Assembly: GCA_965224085.1 (NCBI GenBank)
Contig: CBDCYI010000011.1
Span: forward strand, 1,056,001 to 1,120,000
DNA length: 64,000 nt
Source of the DNA: Candidatus Marinacidobacterales bacterium
Lineage (GTDB): Bacteria > Acidobacteriota > Vicinamibacteria > Marinacidobacterales > SMYC01
Reading direction: 5' to 3'
Shown: in pieces, positions 9,719 to 18,840 of the stretch
Layout of the letters: each line of letters opens with the position of its first letter
How positions within the stretch are numbered: the stretch's first letter is position 1
Position numbers and translations under genes: made by a program
The notes under the pieces: model-generated
What the model was told of the DNA's origin: nothing
What the model saw: only the letters and a program-made list of their open reading frames with translations
Database searches by the model: none

Positions 9719-10512
9719 AGAAAGTACTTTTTGCCATTCTGACGACGCTGGCGCTCGCAGCCACGGTCACCGCGGCCCAGGCCGTCGATGACGTATCGTG
9801 CGAGTACAAATCATGGTTGTCCGCGGAGGACGACGTCTCGGCTCTGTTGACCGGTGCCGAGATCGTCTCGATGGAGGCTATCGGCATGGGCGTCACCAAT
9901 CCGTCGCGCGTCGATCTAAAGCAGGGGGAGCACGTGCTCGCCGGAGCATTCAAGCCCATCAAGCGCGGCCGGCAACGTGGCTTCTGGGAAAGCTACCAGG
10001 CGGAGATTGCGACCTACCTGATCGACAAGCTCATCGGCCTCGGTATGACACCTCCGACCGTCGAGCGGCGTATCAAGGGCAACAGAGGCTCTCTCCAGTT
10101 CTGGGTGGACGATTGCGAGCTTTACCGAGACGTTGAGAACAAAACGCCCAATACGCCGAGCTGGAGCCAGCAGCTATCACGCATGAAGATGATGGATGTC
10201 CTGATCAACAACGATGATCGGAACGCGCAGAACTTTCTCGTCGATCCCGACTTTCACATCATTCTCATCGATCACTCCCGGGCGTTCATTTCCAGCAAGA
10301 AGATGATCAACAACCCCAAGAAGCTTCCGAACCAGTTCGATCGCAAGCTCGTGGAGGCGTTGAAGGGGCTCGACAGCGACACGCTCGACGCCCATCTCAA
10401 GCCTTATTTGAACGGAGGCCAGATCAAAGGCGTTCTCGAGCGGCGCGACTTCCTGATGGAGCATCTCGACGAGCTCATTCAGGAGCGGGGCGAGGCGAGG
10501 GTTCTCTTCTAG
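9715..10512 (+). CDS. Secreted Fam20C/Four-jointed-like (PI3/PI4-kinase superfamily) protein, copy 3, intact
   Basis: Signal peptide; GAFKP, SYQAEIATYLID, GSLQFW, NDDRNAQN, LIDHSRAF; ATGA overlap with copy 2. Confidence 0.75.
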   Translation: MKKVLFAILTTLALAATVTAAQAVDDVSCEYKSWLSAEDDVSALLTGAEIVSMEAIGMGVTNPSRVDLKQGEHVLAGAFKPIKRGRQRGFWESYQAEIATYLIDKLIGLGMTPPTVERRIKGNRGSLQFWVDDCELYRDVENKTPNTPSWSQQLSRMKMMDVLINNDDRNAQNFLVDPDFHIILIDHSRAFISSKKMINNPKKLPNQFDRKLVEALKGLDSDTLDAHLKPYLNGGQIKGVLERRDFLMEHLDELIQERGEARVLF

Positions 10513-10521
10513 CCGATTTTT

Positions 10522-10865
10522 CTACAGCTTCGCCCAACGGCGCACCGTTTCGTGGTGTTGCTTCCACGCGCGCCAAACAGCGGCGGCCCATTCGCGGACG
10601 CGCTCTTGGTGCGCGGCCACATCGTGGGCGGCATGCACGTGCTCGATGGTGACCGCGCCGAGGGATTCGGGCGGATCGAGCCACTCGAGAACGTCCTCGA
10701 GCGACGTCGCCCGCTTCATCATTCACGAGACTGGACTTCCCCGAAGAGCGCCCAGCACTGCGGCGGAGCGCTGATGTAGCGATGTGTCGGGCCCGGCGTG
10801 TAGGGCACGAGCGCGCCGCATCCCGGGCAGGCAATACGGGTAATCTTTTCCACCGTGGGGCTCAT
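10522..10865 (-). pseudogene. DUF5946-like protein with an internal deletion
   Basis: N-part CPGCGA...GPTHRYISAPPQCWALFGEV abuts C-part WLDPPESLGAVTI...WAAAVWRAW; the middle is missing and a stop lies at the join. Confidence 0.6.
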
Positions 10866-10920
10866 GGCCGAGGCCTCTCGCCATCATCTTTCACCCCGAT
10901 AGGCTTCATGGAGGCCAAGT

Positions 10921-11055
10921 CTACCGAACCTTGTGGCTCCGGATTCCGTTAAGTAGCGGCATAGGTGGCGCAGGGGAGGCGCTTTGAGCCTCTTGTGGCG
11001 CATCACCACCACACGCAATGGCGACGCACGCTAAAACACCCAGCATCTTTTTCAC
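10921..11055 (-). pseudogene. Short lipoprotein or truncated lipoprotein remnant
   Basis: GGAGG RBS, then MKKMLGVLACVAIACGGDAPQEAQSASPAPP..., with a stop after 44 aa. Confidence 0.45.
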
Positions 11056-11161
11056 GAAAAGTCCTCCCGAGGTCGGCCTCTACGTTAACGCGTGAACCAA
11101 GCTGACGGCAGCGAGCGCCTCGTACGCCTTCTATGACCGTTATGAGCCGGAGTGGGTGAGC

Positions 11162-12736
11162 CTAAATCGAGGCCTCCGTGAGCGCGAGGGCTTGGCGTGC
11201 GGTCCGTAGTGGATGCTTTTGTTTGAGCGGCGCCTTGAGGAACCGGTTCAACGCTCCGATGCCATGGCGTCGTGCGCCATCCGAAAGAAACGGAAGAGCC
11301 GCTTCGACCGCGAGAGTCGTCTTCAAGAGATGCGCCGAGAAGATCGGCTCGAGAAGCCCGTGGTCGAGGATCTGCGCTTCCGCGTTCGCGAAGAACGCTG
11401 CCTCGTCTTCGACGAGCCAGCCTGCGACGTCTGCCGATTCATTGACGTACCTTTTGTTCCTTCCGACGAAACACGCCATTTGAAGAAGCGCTTTGGGCCA
11501 AAGCTCCGGCTGGCTTTCGCACAAAACGCGCACTGCGTTCGCGAAAGTCAAAGCGTGAGTGAAGTAGAGCCAACCGGCGTTCTGACTGACGGTCCGCTTG
11601 GCGGCAACGTCGAGCCGCTCGTCGAAACGCAACAAGTTGAGCGCGCTTGCTTCAAAGAGCGCCGAGTAGATCGCCGGCGGAGCGTGTCGCTGCAGCCGCT
11701 CGCCCGTCCATGCGAGCGTGGCTTTCGTGCTCATCCCAAACGGCGCTACAAGCTTTCCGGCGTCTTGACCCGTGGCGGTCGCACCTTCGAGATGCTCGCC
11801 ATAAACGGCGAAATCGGGTAGCAGGTCGTCCCGTGTCGTGTAGCAGAGCATTCGGGTGAGCGGCAAGACGACGAGCGACGTATAGGCCTCCCCGAGCGCC
11901 TCGATGAGCGCGCCAGCCTTCGAGACATAGATCGCCGCGTGACCGAAGTCGTTGTAGTGGGCGAACGCCACCTGGGAATACCAGGGCTCGAGCTCGCTCC
12001 AAAGGCGTCCTTCGTCGAGAGCACCGCGCGCGAGCCCCATGGCGCGCGGCTCGCCTTCGGCTTCGATGGCGTCGAGAAACGCTTTTCCCTCGAATGGCGC
12101 TGTCTTCTCGGCAAAAGGGTAGGTCGGGTGTCGCAGCGCGTCGTGAGCGATATGGTCGATCGCTTCGGTCGAACAGACGACTTTGCGTTCGGGAAGGCCC
12201 TCGCGCCGGTAGAGCTCGATCCAGTCCGCTGCTGCGGCGTAGGCGTGAGTCGTTCCGTATTCGAAGCGGTCGTACGTGTGCCTGACGGCGGTCCGGATCC
12301 CGTCGAGCGGATCGAGGCCCCGCAACAGCAGCCGGGAGATCTCTCTCGCGATGCGTCCGTATTGACGATCTTCGATGGCCTCCTCGAGTCCTTTGAGGAT
12401 AGTGTCGTGATAGGACGCTGCCGGTGGATCGGTCACGTCTACATAGATGAAGCCGTCGGCCACTTTGGTAGGGTACGAGCGTACGTGGTCTTCGCCTAGA
12501 ATACATTCGCCCGATTCGAGACGAAATCGCCAGTTGTGCCATTGGCACGTCAGAACACACGTCTTAGTGTCGACCGTGCCCTGGAGCAGTGGGTAGCCCT
12601 CGTGGGGACAACGGTTGTCGACCGCAAAGACCTCACCTTCGACGGTGAACAAGGCGATCTGGCGCTTTCCACGCCTCACGAGAGCTTGCCCTTTTTTCCG
12701 CACCTCCGATATCGGGGCAGCTTGGATCCAATCCAT
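11162..12736 (-). CDS. Rieske [2Fe-2S] domain fused to a large helical domain
   Basis: N-terminal NRCPHEG...TCQWHNW Rieske ligands, followed by about 420 aa of helical sequence. Confidence 0.85.
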   Translation of the reverse strand: MDWIQAAPISEVRKKGQALVRRGKRQIALFTVEGEVFAVDNRCPHEGYPLLQGTVDTKTCVLTCQWHNWRFRLESGECILGEDHVRSYPTKVADGFIYVDVTDPPAASYHDTILKGLEEAIEDRQYGRIAREISRLLLRGLDPLDGIRTAVRHTYDRFEYGTTHAYAAAADWIELYRREGLPERKVVCSTEAIDHIAHDALRHPTYPFAEKTAPFEGKAFLDAIEAEGEPRAMGLARGALDEGRLWSELEPWYSQVAFAHYNDFGHAAIYVSKAGALIEALGEAYTSLVVLPLTRMLCYTTRDDLLPDFAVYGEHLEGATATGQDAGKLVAPFGMSTKATLAWTGERLQRHAPPAIYSALFEASALNLLRFDERLDVAAKRTVSQNAGWLYFTHALTFANAVRVLCESQPELWPKALLQMACFVGRNKRYVNESADVAGWLVEDEAAFFANAEAQILDHGLLEPIFSAHLLKTTLAVEAALPFLSDGARRHGIGALNRFLKAPLKQKHPLRTARQALALTEASI

Positions 12737-12811
12737 GATTGTCTCCTCCTATGATATCGTCACGGGCGACCCGGGCGCATCTTTTTTGACGCGCCGGGGA
12801 TCGAGCGCCTC

Positions 12812-13240
12812 ATGTGGTTGGTTTTGTTCCTCGCGTTCGCCGCCGATGCCGAAAAAGACGTTCGAGCTTTCGTTGTCGAATTTGCCGACACGTGGACCCA
12901 CGCTGACAGGCCCGAGGACGTCGCGGCTTACTACGCCGTTGATGCGACGCACGTGAATCCTCAAGGCAAGTGGGTGCGAAGCCGCGCGGAGCTCGTTCCT
13001 TATTTCGAGCCTCTCGTTTTTGGCCGCTCCGATAGCTTCGACGCCGCCTTCGACATCGAGGCTGTTCACTTCGTGACGGACGACGTAGCGCTCGTGGACG
13101 GCACGATCGTCATTCGCGGGATGCGGGGGCGGGACGGCGTCATCATCCCGCGCCTTCTCGAACGCTTCGCGTTCGTATTGAAAACAAACGGTGGTCGGTG
13201 GGAGATCACTGCATCACGCGTGATGTTTCCCGCCGGCTGA
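12812..13240 (+). CDS. Exported NTF2/SnoaL-like (SgcJ/EcaC, DUF4440-type) protein
   Basis: VAAYYAVDATHVNPQG...VHFVTDDVALVDG...VLKTNGGRWEI. Confidence 0.75.
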   Translation: MWLVLFLAFAADAEKDVRAFVVEFADTWTHADRPEDVAAYYAVDATHVNPQGKWVRSRAELVPYFEPLVFGRSDSFDAAFDIEAVHFVTDDVALVDGTIVIRGMRGRDGVIIPRLLERFAFVLKTNGGRWEITASRVMFPAG

Positions 13241-13267
13241 GACGAACAAAAACAAGGAGAGTTTCTT

Positions 13268-14452
13268 TTGAAGAATGCCATCGTTGCTGCCGCCTTGATG
13301 GCCGCGGCCTGCAGTGTCGAGGCCGCGGACAAGAAACCCGTCACGCTCGACGGCGCCAATCCTGACGCGACTTTCAGCTCTGCTGTTTGGACGGGCGATT
13401 TCCTGCATCTCTCTGGCAATCTCGGAGGCGTGCCGGGGAAGGGCATCATCGGGGACATCCGCGCACAGACAAGGCAGACCTTCGCGAACTTGAAGCGCAT
13501 CCTCGACGCGGCCGGGCTCGACTATTCGCGTGTCGTGAGTGTGAGCGTCTATCTGACGGACGATCGTCATTACGAAGCGCTGAACGAAGTCTTTCATGAG
13601 GTCTTTCCCGAAGACGCGCCGACGCGGGCCACCGTTCGGACAGACCTCGCCGCCGCGAGCGGCTTCATCGAGATCTCGATGGTCGCGGCTCGCCGCGGCC
13701 TCGACATCCGTCGCATTCATCCCGAAAGTTGGCGGCCTGCACGACAAGGCTTTGCCTATGGCATGCTCGCCGGCGACACGCTCTTCGTCTCCGGCCTCGT
13801 TTCGAGCGACCCCGCGAAGGGGGGGATCGTCAACGGCGATATCGGCGTGCAGATGAAACAAACGCTCGATAATCTCGGCAAAGTGCTCACGGCCGCGGGC
13901 ATGGATTATAGCGACGTCGTCGCGAACCGCGTTTACTTGAGGGACGGTCGTGACTTCTCGGGGATGAACGAAGTCTATCGCACCGTCTTCAGCGAGAACC
14001 CTCCTGCCCGCGCGACGGTACGTGCTGGCGTGATGCATCCCGACGCGCGTCTCGAGATCCATTCGGTCGCGGTGAAGGACAGCGCGCGCCGCGTCGCCGG
14101 AGACAGGCGCCCCGGGAGCCTGATCTCGCCTTCGGTCGTGTCGGGCGGCCGTCAATATCTTGCGGGCATGACGGGTCGCGGCCCGGATGGCTACGCTCCG
14201 GGTGATGTGAAAGCGCAGACCCGCCAAGCGGTAGCAAAGCTCAAAGCGACGCTCGAAGCGGCGGGGCTCGGACTCGAAGATGTCGTTGAGAGCACGGTGT
14301 TTCTCACCGACATCCGGCACTTCTCCGCGATGAACGAGATCTATCGCGAGCTCGTGCCCGGGCCGCGTCCGGCGCGCACGACGGTGGGTACGGCGTTGAT
14401 GTCCCCCGACGCGCTCGTCGAGATCATGATGATCGCCGATGCGAAAAAGTAA
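13268..14452 (+). CDS. Exported protein with three tandem RidA domains
   Basis: Three repeats ending APTRATV...IEISMVA, PPARATV...LEIHSVA and RPARTTV...VEIMMIA; N-terminal signal; AAGGAG RBS before a TTG start. Confidence 0.88.
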   Translation: MKNAIVAAALMAAACSVEAADKKPVTLDGANPDATFSSAVWTGDFLHLSGNLGGVPGKGIIGDIRAQTRQTFANLKRILDAAGLDYSRVVSVSVYLTDDRHYEALNEVFHEVFPEDAPTRATVRTDLAAASGFIEISMVAARRGLDIRRIHPESWRPARQGFAYGMLAGDTLFVSGLVSSDPAKGGIVNGDIGVQMKQTLDNLGKVLTAAGMDYSDVVANRVYLRDGRDFSGMNEVYRTVFSENPPARATVRAGVMHPDARLEIHSVAVKDSARRVAGDRRPGSLISPSVVSGGRQYLAGMTGRGPDGYAPGDVKAQTRQAVAKLKATLEAAGLGLEDVVESTVFLTDIRHFSAMNEIYRELVPGPRPARTTVGTALMSPDALVEIMMIADAKK

Positions 14453-14475
14453 GCAAAAAAGATGAGCAACCCGGC

Positions 14476-15042
14476 CTATTTGCGGCAGCGGTAAACGACC
14501 GCCGGAGGGAAGTTCTTCCAGACGATCTCGCTCGTCTCGACACTTGTAAAGTGGTCGTCGAGACATCGACGGAATCGTCTGCCGCTCGTGAGTGGAAGAC
14601 CGACGACGTAGGCATACGTGACGAACTGAGCGCCGGGAGGCATCTTCTTCAACATCTCGGCGACATAGTGATCTTGCTGCTCGTCCGAGAATGAGGCCCA
14701 AGGAAGGCCACTAATGACGCTGTCGATCTTCGAGACCCCGTGCTCGTCGCAGATGGCCGCGATGTTCTCGACGGAATCGTGATAGAGAGTGACGTTCGGG
14801 AACGATTCGCGGAAGGAAGTCGCGAAGGACGCGTTCCGCTCGATGGCGAAAAACGTCGCCGCGGGACGCAAGTGCTGCAAGATCTCTCCGGTGATGATAC
14901 CCTTTCCCGGACCATATTCGACGGCCATGTCGACCCGGTGCCACTCGATCCAGTCCACCATGGCCGTCACGAGGCTCTTGGAGCTTTCGGTGACGGTCCC
15001 GACCTCGCGCGGCGTGCGCAAGAACTCAGCGAAGTGATCCAT
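14476..15042 (-). CDS. PmtA-like phospholipid N-methyltransferase (class I SAM MTase)
   Basis: PREVGTVTESS, VEYGPGKG, VISGLPW, WKNFPPAVVY. Confidence 0.8.
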   Translation of the reverse strand: MDHFAEFLRTPREVGTVTESSKSLVTAMVDWIEWHRVDMAVEYGPGKGIITGEILQHLRPAATFFAIERNASFATSFRESFPNVTLYHDSVENIAAICDEHGVSKIDSVISGLPWASFSDEQQDHYVAEMLKKMPPGAQFVTYAYVVGLPLTSGRRFRRCLDDHFTSVETSEIVWKNFPPAVVYRCRK

Positions 15043-15068
15043 GGCGCTTGGTAGTGTAGCATGTAGCC

Positions 15069-15662
15069 TTGCTTTTCAAGACGCGATTTCACGACGGGAT
15101 TCGGCAAGGCGCGATCACCGCGACGGTACGGGCGTGGAAGAGCGAGCGCGTCAAAGTCGGCAAGCGATACCGTGTGGGAGCATTGGGTAGCATCGTGGTG
15201 GAGGCGGTCGATCGCATCCACCTCGATGCCGTTCGATTGAAAGATGCTCGGGAATCGGGGTTCGACTCTCTGGCGTCACTTGCAGAGATGCTAAGAAACG
15301 AAAGCCATCGAAGGCTCACGCCCAAGAGCCACGTCTACCGCGTCCGCTTCCACTTTGCCGGTGAAGGGAAGGACCCGCAGCCAGCGCACTCCGTAGAGGA
15401 GCTGAACTTGCGGCTCGCGCGCATGGACAGATTGAGTCGCAAAGGCCCGTGGACCCGGCAGGTGCTCGCGCTGATTGGGAAGCATCCGCGCGTCGCCGCG
15501 TCCGAGCTCGCGCGTCAACTCGATTGCGACCGGGCCGTCTTCAAATCGGACGTACGAAAATTGAAGAAGCTCGGGCTCACGACGAGCCACGCCGTGGGCT
15601 ATGAGCTGACGGATACCGCGACAAGGCTCCTGCGATCTCAATCGAGAAAATCGCGAGCGTGA
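15069..15662 (+). CDS. ASCH/PUA-domain protein with C-terminal winged HTH
   Basis: GIRQGAITATVRAWK...DARESGF, then ASELARQL...FKSDVRKLKKLGLTTS...GYEL. Confidence 0.7.
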   Translation: MLFKTRFHDGIRQGAITATVRAWKSERVKVGKRYRVGALGSIVVEAVDRIHLDAVRLKDARESGFDSLASLAEMLRNESHRRLTPKSHVYRVRFHFAGEGKDPQPAHSVEELNLRLARMDRLSRKGPWTRQVLALIGKHPRVAASELARQLDCDRAVFKSDVRKLKKLGLTTSHAVGYELTDTATRLLRSQSRKSRA

Positions 15663-15694
15663 TCCAGCTCGCTACGGCCTCCGAAAGCCGTCAC

Positions 15695-17026
15695 TTACTC
15701 TCCATGGTTTCCGTAGAGGTAGTCGTTCACGAGGTTTTCGAGCGCTTCCTGGCGGCCGCTGACGCGCGGGGGCTCGCCGGCGGAGGCCGCGGTCTCTTCG
15801 AGCTCCACGAATGTCGTCTCACGAGCGAGGATCTTCTGCCCGAGCTTCGATTCGCGAAAGCCTGCATAGCGCTCGGCGATGGGCGTCGAGAGAACGCCGT
15901 CGTCCGTCATCTTCTGAGCGACGAGCAGAGCACGCGCGAAGGTGTCCATGCCTCCAATGTGAGCGTGGAAGAGATCGATGGTGTCGAACGAGCCGCGGCG
16001 GAGTTTGGCGTCGAAGTTCAGTCCGCCATCGCCGAGACCACCTTGTCCCAGAATGACGAGCATCGCCATCGTGGCACTCGCGAGATCGGTGGGAAACTGG
16101 TCCGTGTCCCAACCCAAGTTGAGGTCACCCCGATTGATGTCGAGACTTCCCAGCCTTCCCGCAATCGACGCGACCATCAGGTCGTGCTGCCACGTATGGG
16201 CGGCGAGGGTGGCGTGGTTGGACTCGATGTTCAGCTTGAAGCGGTCGAAGAGGTCGAACTCCCGCAAAAAGCCAATCGTCGTCGCGGCGTCGTAGTCGTA
16301 TTGGTGCGTCGTCGGCTCCATGGGCTTCGGCTCGATGAGCAAAGTTCCTTCGAAGCCGATGGACTTGGCGTAGTCCGACGCGAGGTGAAGAAATGCGGCC
16401 ATTTGCTCTCGCTCTTGCCTCAAGTCGGTGTTGAGAAGCGTCGAATAGCCTTCGCGTCCGCCCCAGAAAACGTAGCCGGTCCCGCCGAGCTCGAGCGTGG
16501 CGTCCATCGCCCGGCGCACTTGAGCTGCGGCATGAGCGACAACGAGCGGGTCGGGGTTCGTAGCTGCACCGTGGATAAAGCGCGGATGAGAGAACAAATT
16601 AGCCGTACCCCAGAGAAGTCGCACGCCCGTCTCTTTCTGTCGCCGCGCGGCATGCTCGACCATCGCCGAGAGGTTCTGGTGGTTCTCCGAGATAGAGCTC
16701 CCCTCCGGCGCGATGTCGCGGTCGTGGAAGCAGTAATACTCGACGCCGAGCTTGGTGAACAACTCGAACGCGGCGTCCATCGTCGAGCGCGCGGCCTCCA
16801 TCGGGTCGAATGCCGTCCCCCATGGCCGCACAAAGCTTCCTCCTCCAAACACGTCGGCCCCCGTGCCGCGCATCGTGTGCCAGTAACAGACGGCAAACTT
16901 CAAATGCTCGGACATGCGCTTTCCCGCTACTTCCCGATCCTTGTCGTAGTAGCGGAACGCGAGAGGATTCCTCGAATCGGGACCTTCATAAGGGATGGGC
17001 GTTTCGACTTCCGGAAAATAGGTCAT
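15695..17026 (-). CDS. xylA: Xylose isomerase (class II)
   Basis: FAVCYWHT, FHDRD, WGTANLF, VFWGGREG, IEPKP, GWDTDQF, GGLNFDAK. Confidence 0.97.
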   Translation of the reverse strand: MTYFPEVETPIPYEGPDSRNPLAFRYYDKDREVAGKRMSEHLKFAVCYWHTMRGTGADVFGGGSFVRPWGTAFDPMEAARSTMDAAFELFTKLGVEYYCFHDRDIAPEGSSISENHQNLSAMVEHAARRQKETGVRLLWGTANLFSHPRFIHGAATNPDPLVVAHAAAQVRRAMDATLELGGTGYVFWGGREGYSTLLNTDLRQEREQMAAFLHLASDYAKSIGFEGTLLIEPKPMEPTTHQYDYDAATTIGFLREFDLFDRFKLNIESNHATLAAHTWQHDLMVASIAGRLGSLDINRGDLNLGWDTDQFPTDLASATMAMLVILGQGGLGDGGLNFDAKLRRGSFDTIDLFHAHIGGMDTFARALLVAQKMTDDGVLSTPIAERYAGFRESKLGQKILARETTFVELEETAASAGEPPRVSGRQEALENLVNDYLYGNHGE

Positions 17027-17054
17027 GGCGTCCTGTCTTTTTGTGTAGTGCTCG

Positions 17055-17103
17055 CTCTCTCTTCGTTCGCTCGCTGGACCCGTCGTCGGCGCTTCGCGCC
17101 GGG
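17055..17103. repeat. REP-like interspersed element, copy A
   Basis: CTCTCTC-TTCGTTCGCTCGC-N8-TCGTCGGCGCTTCGCGCCGGG; similar to 19572-19621. Confidence 0.55.
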
Positions 17104-17193
17104 CTCGCTCCGCTCGCGCACGCTATTGTATTTTCACCCAGCCTGCTAGTGCGCGGTCATCACGCGGTTTGGGATCAAGAGAAAAGGTGCTAA

Positions 17194-18553
17194 GGTTCTG
17201 TTACATAATAATATTTACAAATACGAGTTCGGTAAGAATTAATACCCTCAATCAAGCACGTCGGGGATGGAGAGTGTAATTCCAGTTGCCGTAGAAGGGG
17301 TGGATTTTGAGTCGAAGCTCCTGCATTTCTTCGTTACTGACCTTCTGGCCTGTCTCGTAGGAGTTCTTGTCCAGCATGGCCTTTACCTTCAAGCCGGTTC
17401 GGGTCTTGGTGTTGCCGATAAGATTGACGACCGCCTCGTAGCTCACGAGAGGCCGTCCTTTCCAGTTCATGCTGACAAAGGAGAATAGTCGATGTTCGAT
17501 TTTGTTCCATTTACTGGTTCCCGGTGGATAGTGGCATACGGTGATGGGAATCTTCAGTTGGTCCGATAGCTTTTGGAGGTGGAGCTTCCAGCCTCGCAGC
17601 CGGTTTCCGTTGCTTCCACCGGCGTCCGCGCAAACAAGCAGACGTTTCGCCATCGGATAAGACTTTTTTCCGAGTATGCGCCACCATCTCCGGATGCTTT
17701 CTACCGCGAATTCCGCAGTCTCGTGAGTAATGCCGACGTTGACCAGCGCTTCGTCGCGGGACACATCGTAAGTCCCATAGGGAATTGCTTTGCCCTCAGC
17801 CATACTGGGGAAGTCGTGTACAAGAACCGGCTCACCTCCGCCCTTCTTCTTCCTCCACGTTTTACCCCTGTTTTCAAAGGCTCCTATCAATTCCTTCTTC
17901 TTGGTATCGACGCTCACGACCGGATCCTTGCTTCGCATGAACTTGCTTACTTGCTTGTTGATGTAACGAAACTGTTTGTCCCGATCCGGGTGCTGATCCC
18001 CTTCCAGTCTCTTCACGTTAGCTTGCAGCGAGTAACCCATTTCTCCTAGGCGTCGAGCAACTGTCACGTGCGAGACATCGTGACCTTTGCGTTCAAGCTC
18101 CTCCGCCATCGCTCTCGTGGACTTGTTCGTCCATTTGAGATGCTTCATCGGGTCGCCGGCGGTTCTTTCGTCGAGGATCTTCTTCAGCTGCCGCTCGATT
18201 CTCGGGTCTAACTCCTCGACCCGCTTTCTCCCCCCGCCAGGCTTGCGCACTCGGGCGCTGTCGTCATCAACTATCGGCGCTTTCGCTTTGAGTTCCGCCA
18301 CGCCCTTCATGATGGTCGGCCGCGACATCCCCGTAAGTCGTGACAGCCGACTGACCCCGCCGCGTCCTTCTTCAAGCGCCCGTTGAGCCACAAAAACACG
18401 CGCTTGCGCTTCGTTCAACGTCCCCAGCACCCTCAACCAGTGACGCTCAGACTCTGGTACCTTTCGATCTGTTGCCATCCTCGTATAGTCTCGCAACCAG
18501 CAGAGGATAGCAGCAATGACAGTGTATTGTAAATATTAATATGTAACATGCCC
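17194..18553 (-). mobile_element. Complete ISAzo13-family insertion sequence (1360 bp)
   Basis: Terminal IRs GGTTCTGTTACATAATAATATTTACAA and GGGCATGTTACATATTAATATTTACAA (23/27 match); TAA direct repeats at 17191-17193 and 18554-18556; lower GC than the flanks. Confidence 0.93.
17252..18496 (-). CDS. ISAzo13 family DDE transposase
   Basis: GYSLQAN, HPDRDKQF, VSVDTKKKEL, ADAGGSN, HYPPGTSKWNKIEHRLFS, GNWNY. Confidence 0.95.
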   Translation of the reverse strand: MRDYTRMATDRKVPESERHWLRVLGTLNEAQARVFVAQRALEEGRGGVSRLSRLTGMSRPTIMKGVAELKAKAPIVDDDSARVRKPGGGRKRVEELDPRIERQLKKILDERTAGDPMKHLKWTNKSTRAMAEELERKGHDVSHVTVARRLGEMGYSLQANVKRLEGDQHPDRDKQFRYINKQVSKFMRSKDPVVSVDTKKKELIGAFENRGKTWRKKKGGGEPVLVHDFPSMAEGKAIPYGTYDVSRDEALVNVGITHETAEFAVESIRRWWRILGKKSYPMAKRLLVCADAGGSNGNRLRGWKLHLQKLSDQLKIPITVCHYPPGTSKWNKIEHRLFSFVSMNWKGRPLVSYEAVVNLIGNTKTRTGLKVKAMLDKNSYETGQKVSNEEMQELRLKIHPFYGNWNYTLHPRRA

Positions 18554-18840
18554 TAAGTAGGCCGGGATGTTCGAGACCGGAAGCACTTCGGGCTTCAGAC
18601 GGATGCCCAACGCTTCGGCCATGAACGTGCGGCGCTTTTGAATCCGGTCCCAAGCTTCCGGATAACTCTGTGCGAAGCCGTTCCGGAGTGGCGCGCCCGC
18701 GAGTGCTAAGCCGTCCTCGATATTCGTCGTGAAGTATGCAGCTCCCGTGGCTGGGATCACGTCGACTTGAAAGGCCATTCCTGAGCGGAGTGCTATCGTC
18801 GAGCCGTCAAAGATCGGCGAGTTGACCCATTCATCAGATG
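18554..18840 (-). pseudogene. C-terminal remnant of an Xaa-Pro aminopeptidase (M24)-like gene interrupted by the IS
   Basis: DEWVNSPIFDGSTIALRSGMAFQVDVIP...TTNIEDG...SNIPAYL continues in frame across the IS as APFLLIPNRVMTAH* (17146-17193). Confidence 0.75.

Noticed and set aside
15659-17149. 496-aa plus-strand ORF, and similar long shadows at 3009-4496, 13214-14701 and 50867-52174
   Set aside because: Off-frame or antisense ORFs over well-supported genes; expected in high-GC DNA.
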